DNA from: Macrostomum hystrix
Taxonomy: Eukaryota; Animalia; Platyhelminthes
DNA: 64,000 bases
Direction of reading: 5' to 3'
NCBI GenBank assembly: GCA_950097015.1
Contig: CATNEN010000038.1
Coordinates: 8,804,001 to 8,868,000, forward strand
Below the pieces are notes generated by a model. The model saw only the letters and a program-made list of their open reading frames with translations. It did no database searches and was not told where the DNA came from. This document shows positions 13,168 through 24,000 of the stretch, in pieces. Position numbers and translations under genes: made by a program. Positions within the stretch are counted from its first letter, which is position 1; each line of letters opens with the position of its first letter.

Positions 13168-14168
13168 ACACCTGACCTGACAGCTGAGGCTATTAGCTAA
13201 TTGATACACCTGACAGCTGAGGCTATTAGCTAATTGATACACCTGACAGCTGAGGCTATTAGCTAATTGATACACCTGACAGCTGAGGCTATTTGTTGAT
13301 TGATAGACCTGACAGCTGAGGCTATTAGCTAATTGATACACCTGACAGCTGAGGCTATTTGTTGATTGATAGACCTGTCAGCTGAGGCTATTTGTTGATT
13401 GATAGACCTGTCAGCTGAGGCTATTTGTTGATTGATAGACCTGTCAGCTGAGGCTATTTGTTGATTGATACACCTGACAGCTGAGGCTACTAGCTAATTG
13501 ATACACCTGACAGCTGAGGCTATCAGCTAATTGATACACCTGACAGCTGAGGCTACTAGCTAATTGATACACCTGACAGCTGAGGCTACTAGCTAATTGA
13601 TACACCTGACAGCTGAGGCTACTAGCTAATTGATACACCTGACAGCTGAGGCTATCAGCTAATTGATACAATTGACAGCTGATGCTATTTGCTAATTGAT
13701 ACACCTGACAGCTGAGGCTATTAGCTAATTGATACACCTGACAGCTGAGGCTATTAGCTAATTGATACACCTGACAGCTGAGGCTATTAGCTAATTGATA
13801 CACCTGACAGCTGAGGCTATTAGCTAATTGATACACCTGACAGCTGATGCTATTAGCTAATTGATACAACTGACAGCTGAGGCTATCAGATAATTGATAC
13901 AATTGACAGCTGATGCTATTAGCTAATTGATACACCTGACAGCTGATGCTATTAGCTAATTGATACACCTGACAGCTGAGGCTATTTGTTGATTGATACA
14001 CCTGACAGCTGAGGTTATTAGCTAATTGATACACCTGACATCTAAGGCTATCAGATAATTGATACAATTGACAGCTGAGGCTATCAGATAATTGATACAA
14101 TTGACAGCTGAGGCTATCAGATAATTGATACAATTGACAGCTGATGCTATTAGCTAATTGATACACCA
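13168..14168. repeat. Minisatellite, 33-bp unit (agctgaggctattagctaattgatacacctgac)
   Basis: Tandem periodicity directly upstream of PLPBP. Confidence 0.97.
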
Positions 14169-14700
14169 GACAATTTTTGAAGACTTAAATAATCGAATAC
14201 AAATGATGAAGCAACTAAAATAAGTAAAAACAAGTTCCCACCTACAAAGTAAATTAAAATGAACCAGATAAATAGAATGCAGCTTTAGTTAAGAAACTCA
14301 GTCTTATAAATCAGCTACTGAAATCTACAAACTCTGCATTGAGAAGGCAATCGCAATGCAACACATCAGGAAATCACAAAGATGGCAATGAAACAAACAA
14401 CAGCAGAGGCCTCATTTCGTGTGTCTTTGGATGATGGAAACAGGGAAACAGTAAACGCAAAATGTCACAACACAAAATGTGAGTCTACAGCGGTGCTTGG
14501 AGATTGTGCAGTTTTAGTGCGAATCATCTCTGAATAAATAGGCGGCCAAAGTTTGGCCATAAACAAAAGGCAATAAAGTTGAAATTTCTGCAAATCGAAG
14601 GTCAGAAGAGACTGTGAGACAAGCAAGGACTTACAAAATCCCTTTACAATTTAATCCCCAGCTTGGCCCGGCCTATTGGCTATTAATTCTGTGCATTTAT

Positions 14701-14945
14701 TATTTAATCGGCCTAGGCCGATTAAACATATAGTCTATGGTCACAGTTGCTGTAAACAGTTTTAGGTTTTCCATCTCGTGAGCCGACCAAGCTTTAGGAT
14801 TAAATACTATAATACCCCCCTGAAATCGTTGTCTATGGCCTAGGAACGGATTCGGACTGAGCTTCTGGGCCTCGGCTTCGCCTCGGCCAAGAAACGCGTC
14901 CTCAGCCTTTCCTAGGCCAAAGAAACGAAATCAGGGGGGTATTAT
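14701..14945. repeat. Palindromic / foldback element (probable non-autonomous DNA transposon remnant)
   Basis: Inverted arms ataatacccccctgaaatcgtt..ggcctaggaa / ttcctaggcc..aaacgaaatcaggggggtattat (14809-14945) around ggcctcggcttcgcctcggcc; second hairpin at 14701-14730. Confidence 0.7.
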
Positions 14946-15353
14946 TCTATACTTATTTCCCCTAGATGCTGCTACTGCAATTGGTATGCATCTGCATGCA
15001 AATATGTTTATTTTACTAAAAAACGCAGTTAAGAAGTACAAGCAAATTACAAAGGAAATAAAACAACACAAATAATGAGAGAAAATGAAAATAATTAGGC
15101 GTGCAAAAATCTGTAAATATTAACAAATAAAACTTTAACATAATCATGACAGACTACGAAGTGAATAGAGCAAAAAAGTAATTAGCTACGCAAAGGATAT
15201 GAAAATTAGAAACATGAATCTCATAGTTAGATGCAAATGATCATCATCTAGATTGTATGCAGTTAATTTTATGCCACTGATGAGACTTCCGCATCAGTTA
15301 GTCTGTCTGTCGAGACAGCATGCAATCAGTTAGCAGTGACAATAAAATAGCAT

Positions 15354-16122
15354 TTAAAATGTATTCGGCGCCACAGCGTTGAGATCTCGAAACACCGTGG
15401 AGTTCTTGCGCTTCCTGGACACTCCTTCGACAATTGCACCGGCCAAAGCCGAAGAAATGGAGCCGTCACTGCTGCTGCTGCTGCTGCTGCTATTACTGCA
15501 ACACTGCGGCAAAAACAGGCAGCCAGCCAGTATAAATGTGCTCAGTGTACTTGAGTCTCCAGTTGATGCAGCTGACTGGCTAAGCTTCATCCGCTTAGGC
15601 GGACTGGGCAACTCCTGTTTGTCCGGCTCCTTGGCAGTCTGCTCATTGGCGACGCAGCAGCAGGTCCTTGTTGAGGACCGGCGACCGGGAAACAGCAGCA
15701 GGCCGGGTAGGCCGCGGCACAGCCAGGAGGAGCTGCCGATGTTGCCGCCGGTGGGTCTGTCAGCGCCGCACATCCTGCCACAGTTTGCACTGAACTTACA
15801 GTTATAGCAAAATCAGTTTCGCTACACACAGCTGCGGTGCGAGTGGCTAGCAAGCAGGCCTCGCTAAAACAAAGAAATCATTTAAATAAGTTTTCATTAA
15901 ACCACTCTATACTGGATAACTAGATATTATAAATAGAATGTGCACAAACTAGCAGCTCTGCTAAATGAACAGTCTAGTCAAAGAGGAGACCTATTTATGG
16001 AGCATCTGAGTACTTAGTAACTACTCACAGCGCAAGTTCAGCCAGTCAAAACTGGTACCGAACCGAGCAGCATCACAATTATGGAAATGACGGATTAACG
16101 GGCTAGACGCAACCGGATCCAT
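15354..16122 (-). CDS. Possible small hypothetical gene (exon MDPVASSPLIRHFHNCDAARFGTSFDWLNLR plus a GC-rich downstream exon at about 15850-15354)
   Basis: Acceptor ttttcag 25 nt before ATG 16122 and donor T|GTGAGT; reading frame of the downstream exon is ambiguous; no homology recognised. Confidence 0.35.
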
Positions 16123-16361
16123 GTTTAAAACAACAATGTCAAATAAACTGAAAATCAAAACCCTCACCAAGGATTGGCTAATTGTCCAAAAAGGCCACAT
16201 TAATATTGTCTTGCTTTTAAAGCAGTGTTTTTCCTTTTTAAAAAAACTGTAACATTTTCGGCACAATAAACAATATGGCGTCAACTTTTTAGAGAACAGC
16301 TGGTAAAATGCGATTGACAAAAAGTTATTTTCAATGTTATATAAGTGGGAAGACTAAGGGA

Positions 16362-16676
16362 AAGGGGTAATAATTAACCTGAAGATTCAGGTTAAGGGGT
16401 AATGATCGACCTGAAGGTCAGGCTAAGGGGTAATGATCGACCTGAAGGTTCAGGTTAAGGGGTAATGATCGACCTGAAGGTCAGGTTACGGGCTAATGAT
16501 CGACCTGAAGGTTCAGGTTAAGGGGCAATAATCGACCTGAAGATTCAGGTTACGGGGTAATGATCGACCTGAAGATTCAGGTTAAGGGGTAATGATCGAC
16601 CTGAAGATTCAGGTTAAGGGGCAATAATCGACCTGAAGATTCAGGTAACGGGGTAATGATCGACCTGAAGATTCAG
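16362..16676. repeat. Minisatellite, 31/32-bp unit with internal hairpin (acctgaagattcaggt)
   Basis: Tandem periodicity. Confidence 0.93.
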
Positions 16677-16885
16677 TGAAAGGGGTGAGAGTTTATTTGA
16701 AGACTATGGGAAAAGGAAATGGCCCATCAAAACACTCGAAAAACGGGTAATAATCGACATTCAGGGACATATCGATACTAAGCGATTGTGCTCAAGAATA
16801 CACCTATTGGAGAACAAAAGTGAGCAGTAAAATATCGCACAGCTAAGGTAACATTCCGGGATGTATCCAATATCGTGAGCCTAAA

Positions 16886-19818
16886 TCACCGGGCATCGGT
16901 AAACTGAGCAGCGGTCTGGGCGAAGGCGGCCAGTTCCTCGAATTCTGGCCGACCTAACACTGACTCGCTTCGGCGAACAATCCGACCCAGCAGTTGAGCA
17001 ATCTGCTCCGAGCTGGAGGTCCTGGCACAGTCGGGATGCTCGGCCAGCAGCTCGCCCGTCAGACGCAGAGTCAACATCCGCAGCTCAGCAACGCCATCTT
17101 CATCGCCGCCGTCGCAATCGGACTGATCATCGTCCGTAGAAGAGAAATCGCTTGGCGAACAGGAGTCAATGTGGCGCAGAGAATATAGCAGTAGACTGTG
17201 CGCGGTGGCCACACTGGGATGCGGATTGAGCTTCAGCTGCAGAGCCAGCTTCAGAGAAGCCAGAGCCAGCACTAACAGTGACAGAGAATCGCTGCTCGAT
17301 CCGCTAGGTGTTGGATTCGCCTGATGATCAGTCAAATAGTCTGTGAGCACAGTGATCATATCTGACAGTTGCTGGCCCGTGAAACACAGAGCGTTGGCCT
17401 CGCATGACTCACTGACTGAGTGAGCCTGGCCAATGGTGAGATTGAGAAGAACGTTAGCCAGCGGGGACAGGGCACATGACGACGTGGACGACGCTGCAAG
17501 GGTCAGCTGACGGGACAGACAGGCGGACATTAGGTGGGCCACAAGAGCGCGGCCGTGGACGGTCGTACGCAGCAGGTCCACGCCGCTGTCTGAGGCTGTC
17601 AGGCTGCACAGGTAGGGCAGGGCGGCCCTGCAGAGATTGGTGGGATGAAAGTAAATTAATGTTTATTTACGTTTGGAGTATGTTCTAAAAATTGGAAATT
17701 CTAAGTGAGTTTTAGGGAAGCTTATTATAAGCAAGTAGTTGAAACTGTAAATCCACTCTAAATCCTGAGGTTAGACAGCTTCGGTATTTTTATCGCGAGG
17801 TCGGTAGTTTGAATCTCGAATGCAACCACGAGCAAGAAACTTTATTCCCCAGTGCTTCAGTTTATCCGGATTTCAAACGGGTACCAGCATCAGCTGGTGT
17901 AGACATTTGGGTGGGTGTGACAGCCTTCTCAGTGCACGGACTGAACCGTTGAACACAGCCCGGATTGTGCCACTAGCTGCCACTAGTCTAAGTGGGCTAG
18001 GTGAAGTTAAACAACTGTGAAATTTCAGAATTGTAGCAGCATGCATTGGGATCGATTTTGGGTACACCACCTAACTTTGACAAACAGGATATTTGTACAC
18101 CCAGTGAGTGTGCAACATTCCATTTCCTGGCGTACACACCTGGAAACATCGTCAGCGTCCTCCAACCACTCGGCATCAACAGCCTCCTCTCCTCCAGATG
18201 TCATTAGCCAGCAGAGTAGACGCACAAATCCATCCTGGCCTCGGCCATCGGTGGTGTCGTCAATGAAGTTCGGGCGCTGTCCGCTTAACTGCTCGACCAG
18301 TTCGCCGCCTTCGCTGAGCCACAGGCAAAGGCAGCGGGCGCAGGCAGCGAGGAAAAGGCGCAGCGGACGGCTACTGGCTTTGGCTGACTCCGTCTTGTTC
18401 AAGACGCTGTTGGCAGCGGCAACCAAGCGGTCCAACAGGAGATCAAAGGCACCGCGGAGCCTACTAAGAAGGCGCTCCATCAAGTCCGGCCTGGGCATCG
18501 GATCCGACTGCTGCAGCAGCCGCCGCAGAGTCTCTTCCAGCAGGACAAAGCAGGCGCCGAGAGTCTCCCGGTGCTGTGAATTGGCGGCCACAAGTTCAAA
18601 GGCGCGATCGCTTTCGTCGGCCAAGTTTAGGCGGACATCGATTTCCAAAGCGGCTAAGGATCCAATCAGGAACTGCAGATCGGACTCAGCTACGACCTGA
18701 GAACATTTCTTTCCACCCGCGCTAGGCTTTGGCGAGTCCAGAATGTCGGATAGGCCGCGTGGACTGGCCGAAGCCAGGTTGGCTAACAAAGAGAGGCTCG
18801 CAGCACGAAGGCTTCGATTGCCCAGAAGGCCGGGCATCACCGGTCGGAGCTGTTTCGCCAGATCGCCAGAAACAATTGTGGAGCAACTGGAAGTTGCGTA
18901 GGACAGAAGTTGACTAGCGAATTGTAGAATAGTAGCGATGCGCGATTCGCTTGTCTTCCTGTTATTGCCCTCTGTTGACTCGCATTCTTGAGCTTGGACT
19001 TTGCCAGTCTGGGATTTCCCTAGGGATTCCCCAGTCGGGGATTTCATTAGGGATTCCCCAGTCTGGGATTTCCCTGAAGTTTCTCCAGTTCGGGAATTTC
19101 CATAACCAGCATTGGATGGCGATGTCTCACAATCGTATTCCACAATAACTTCTTTCACTAGATGTGTCAACAGTTGATCAATCGGGTCTGCCAGGCGATC
19201 GAGTACACCAGCGAAGGCGCATCGGTCCAGAACCACGAAAGCAAGTCTCAAGCTGCTCTCCCAGTCTGACTGGAGGTTAATTACGGCTTGCGTAAGCGTT
19301 GCAATCAAAGGCGACTTTGCCAAGATCTCCCGGCACTGCTCAAGTTTCAATCCATTAGAAATATGGTACAACGCCCGATGGAGCTGGTCGACGAGTTGAC
19401 GAGCTTCATCACTAGTCGCTTCGTCAGCAACTGCGGGCTGCCATCGGGCCAGACAGCAGCACAGGCCAGCTAGCAGTGAGTCGAAGTCAGGCCGACTAGC
19501 GAGTCCTTCCAGATCCCGCTCTGCCAGATGGCCCAAAACAGACACAGCAACGGAGGCGTGCGCCAGTGCGTCGCCGGAGTCGCCAGCATCCTCTTCAACA
19601 GACAGCAGGCGGAGCAGAAAGTCGGCATCGATGCGAGCGAAGACAGAGCGGGCCTCGGCCTCGGTGAGGCCGGGCAGCTGGCGGGCGGTCAGCAGGAGGG
19701 CGGCCACTCTGTCGTTGTCGGTACCGGCCCGAGCCAAAGCCTTGGCGCACAGGACGGCGCCAGAGCCAACTGGCGATTTGCTGCGCTTTTCCGACTGGAA
19801 TAGCGTTTTGGAGGGCAT
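16886..19818 (-). CDS. NCDN: Neurochondrin-like ARM-fold protein; exons 19818-18140, 17627-16886
   Basis: AGTDNDRVAALLL, FLIGSLAALEIDVRLNL, ACFVLLEE, ACARCLCLWLSE, LPYLCSLT and NVLLNLTI follow neurochondrin motifs in order; the phase-2 intron joins the two ORFs. Confidence 0.82.
17762..17960 (+). mobile_element. Diverged SINE family A copy in the NCDN intron
   Basis: gcaagaaacttt..tgcttcagtt..gggtaccagcatcagctgg..gggtgggtgtg..cggactgaac shared with the 27311 copy. Confidence 0.65.
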
Positions 19819-19934
19819 TAACCAGCGATACTACTAGCAGTAGGCTATACGTGCAACAGAGGCAAGATGATTTGCCTTTGGGCAGATTATTGGGTGGACT
19901 AAGCGCATTATTTAGGATTCATGGTGGTTCTATT

Positions 19935-20575
19935 AAAACTAAAGGGATAATCTAAATACAAAGGGAATAATCTAGAAACTAAGGGGATAATCTAGAAACT
20001 AAGGGGATAATCTAGAAACTAAGGGGATAATCTAGAAACTAAGGGGATAATCTAGAAACTAAGGGGATAATCTAGAAACTAAGGGGATAATCTAGAAACT
20101 AAGGGAATAATCTAGAAACTAAGAGGATAATCTAGAAACTAAGGGGATAATCTAGAAACTAAGGGGATAATCTAGAAACTAAGGGGATAATCTAGAAACT
20201 AAGGGGATAATCTAGAAACTAAGGGGATAATCTAGAAACTAAGGGAATAATCTAGAAACTAAGAGGATAATCTAGAAACTAAGGGGATAATCTAGAAACT
20301 AAGGGGATAATCTAGAAACTAAGGGGATAATCTAGAAACTAAGGGGATAATCTAGAAACTAAGGGGATAATCTAGAAACTAAGGGGATAAGCTAGAAACT
20401 AAGGGGATAATCTAGAAACTAAGGGGATAATCTAGAAACTAAGGGGATAATCTAGAAACTAAGGGGATAATCTAGAAACTAAGGGGATAATCTAGAAACT
20501 AAGGTAAACTAAGATAATCTAGAAACAAAGGGATTATCAAAAAACTAACGGGATAATTAAGAAACTAAGGGGAAT
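19935..20575. repeat. Minisatellite, 20-bp unit (ctagaaactaaggggataat)
   Basis: Highly homogeneous tandem array upstream of NCDN, degenerate at its edges. Confidence 0.97.
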
Positions 20576-21077
20576 AATTTAAAGACGAAGATTATCACTA
20601 AACTACTTGGACAGATTAGAAACACCTATAAGAGGACTATTTTTAAAACAGATTGTGCCTAAAATGTATTTCACAAAATACAAAAAATGCAAAAAATGAC
20701 AACTTTTTGATCCAACAAGTTTAGAATTTGTTTTAAACGGGAAAAATTTGAAAAGGATTATTGAAATCATTTAAAAAAACTAACCACAATCTGTGCAAAA
20801 ATGCATTAAAAGATATTACACCAATAGCAACAGCATCAAAGATTCCTGGAAAAGCTATTCGTTTGTAAAAAAAATCAAGCAGGGAATATTGAAAACAAGC
20901 AAATTGAGCATTAAATGAACAGTACAACAATGTAGAATGTTGCATAACCTTTATGCGTGCGATATTTGCTGCGAATTGCGCACTTTTCATTGAAACATGA
21001 GCATTAATGAAAGACTAATTGCGAATAGTGAAAGTACATTGCATAGCATGCAGATAATTAGAATGTGATAGGATTAA

Positions 21078-24000
21078 TTAATTATTGAATAGTTTGCTTT
21101 GCTCAATACTATGTTTTTGCATTTGCTTTCGCATAGCTATCAGCTGGTCAACTATCGATCCAATGTTCGGCTTCTGAAAGATTTTCGGGATATGAATTAT
21201 TAGTATAGAAATCAGAGTTTTAAGCATTCACATTTTTTATTTTAGACTTTGAATATACATATTAATATAGTTTCACTTTAAGTATACTCTGATGTTCTGA
21301 ATGCCTGGAGTAATGACTGATGTTCTGACAGACTGGTGTAATGACTGACGTTCTTGAAGAACTGGGGTAATGACTGATGTTCTGAGGAACTGGGGTAATG
21401 ATTGATGTTCTGAGGGATTGGGTAATGACTGATGTTTTGAAGAACTGGGGTAATGACTGATGTTTTGAAGAACTGGGGTAATGACTGATGTTCTGAGGAA
21501 CTGGGGTAATGACTGACGTTCTGACAGACTGGGGTAATGACTGATGTTCTGAGGGACAGGGCAATGACTGATGTTCTGAGAGACTCGGGTAATGACTGAT
21601 GTTCTGACAGACTGGGGTAATGACTGATGTTCTTGAGGGATTGGGGTAATGACTGACGTTCTGACAGACTGGGGTAATGACTGATGATCTGAGAGACTGG
21701 GATAATGACTGATGTTCTTGGGGGACTGGGGTAATGACTGATGTTCTTGATGGACTGGGCAATGACTGATGTTCTGAGAGACTGGGGTAATGACTAATGT
21801 TCTGAGGGACAGGGGCAATGACTGATGTTCTGAGGAACTGGGGCAATGACTGATGTTCTGAGGAACTGGGGCAATGACTGATGTTCTGAGGAACTGGGGC
21901 AATGACTGATGCTCTGAGGAACTGGGGTAATGACTAATGTTCTGAGGGACAGGGGCAATGACTGATGTTACTCACCCGATCAGCACTGTCCGGTAGAACT
22001 TCAGAGCTAGAATGATGAGTAGGTCTGACAACAGTCTTGGAATCGGCAGTCGCCGGGACCTCAGACGCCGCCGAAGGCAGCCGTTCGCTTTCGGCAAGTA
22101 AATTGGCGCGGAACAGCAAATTGGTTAGCAGCAGCTGATAGCTCTGGATTGGGTGGCGGCATACAGGAAAATACTGTTGCATGGTTGTTACAAAACATAG
22201 ATACCGTTAACAGGAAACTTGTCTAACAGGAAACTGATCTTGTCTAACGGGAAACTGAACTTGTCTGACAGGAAACCGATCTTGTGTAACAGGAAACTGA
22301 TCTTGTCTAACAGGAAACTGAACTTGTCTGACAGGAAACCGATCTTGTGTAACAGGAAACTGATCTTGTCTAACAGGAAGTTGACCTTGTCTAACAGGAA
22401 ACTGAACTTGTCTAACAGGAAACTGATCTTGTCTAACAGGAAACTGAACTTGTCTAACAGAAAACTGAATTTCTCAAACAGGAAACTGATCTTGTGTAAC
22501 AGAAACTGATCTTGTCTAACAGGAAACTGATCTTGTGTAACAGGAAACTGATCTTGTCTAACAGGAAACTGATCTTGTCTAACAGGAAGTTGACCTTGTC
22601 TGACAGGAAACTGATTTTGTGTGACAGGAAACTGACCTTGTGTAACAGGAAACTGACCTAGACTAACAGAGAATGACCTAGCACCCAATAGAACAGAGGA
22701 AATAAGGACGAAAAAAGTTAAGCAGTCTACATACAAGAATACGAAATAGGGTTTTGCAACTAGAGATTTGTGAAGAAAAAAGCAGGTCGATGACGAGGGC
22801 CAATCACGCATGATATGGCAGACAAAAAATGTGCAAAAATCGGCATAACTGGAATCAGATTCCTCTACCTCAGTTGCCCAGGGAGACAGACAAGTCAAGC
22901 GTGAGGAAAAAATGATGCAAAACTGAATTCTCAAATTAACCAGAGAATTAATGAGAATGAAACATAGGGCAGCATTTTTTCATCAGCTAGCAGCAATTCA
23001 CGCAAGCAAGTTGGTCCATCGGCATGAGTTTGCGCTAAGCTGTAGGTAAATTCGGCGTCTGCTGAGAACGAAAAGCACTTTTTCCCTGGGGAAATTCCAG
23101 GGAGTTTTGATCCAATTCCACCATGTGGATCAAAATTTACCGTCTTTTACGATAAACCAACTTTCAAATACATCCGATGTCAGCATCGTCGAGATGTTCA
23201 GCGATTTTATTGGAACACCTCGGTGAAAGAACAACATTTGTCTTTCACAACATGAATCTCTATGGCGAATTGCAAATAATAATAATAATAATTGCAGCAG
23301 GGCTGCGGGCAGTGGCACATCATTTAGTGACACTAGACCCGCAGCCAGCGAGGCAATTCTGCCCATTACGCTGACTCCTGAGCACAAACGCACACAGATA
23401 CTGTACGCAGGCATACGCTCACACAGGTGTGTACATCTGCCCTGACTTTCTCGTCGTCTGGCTGTGACTCTTACTTGGCCTTGGAGGTTGGTCCTGAAGG
23501 GCGTAAGTTGCACGAAAAGCCAACAAGCCTTCTCTCTGCGCCCCAAATGAATGTGGCCTCGCCGCGGAATCGAACTTAGGGACCTTGGCGCGAGAGGCAA
23601 TGTGTTGACTGTTCAGCCACTCACCTCCTGCCTTGGTCATCATCCTACACCAGTCAGTCATTCAGTTGGTCATCATCCTACACCAGTCAGTCATTCAGTT
23701 GGTCATCATCCTACACCAGTCAGTCATTCAGTTGGTAATCATCCTACACCAGTCAGTCATTCAGTTGGTCATCATCCTACACCAGTCAGTCATTCAGTTG
23801 GTCATCATCCTACACCAGTCAGTCATTCAGTTGGTCATCATCCTACACCAGTCAGTCATCATCCTACACCAGTCAGTCATTCAGTTGGTCATCATCCTAC
23901 ACCAGTCAGTCATTCAGTTGGTCATCATCCTACACCAGTCAGTCATTCAGTTGGTCATCATCCTACACCAGTCAGTCATTCAGTTGGTCATCATCCTACA

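Noticed and set aside
9270-19837. Plus-strand ORFs overlapping the LDLa gene, PLPBP and NCDN
   Set aside because: Antisense frames of GC-rich coding exons
4778-20575. CRISPR-like appearance of 20-36 bp repeat arrays
   Set aside because: Repeats are contiguous with no unique spacers; no cas genes; eukaryotic context
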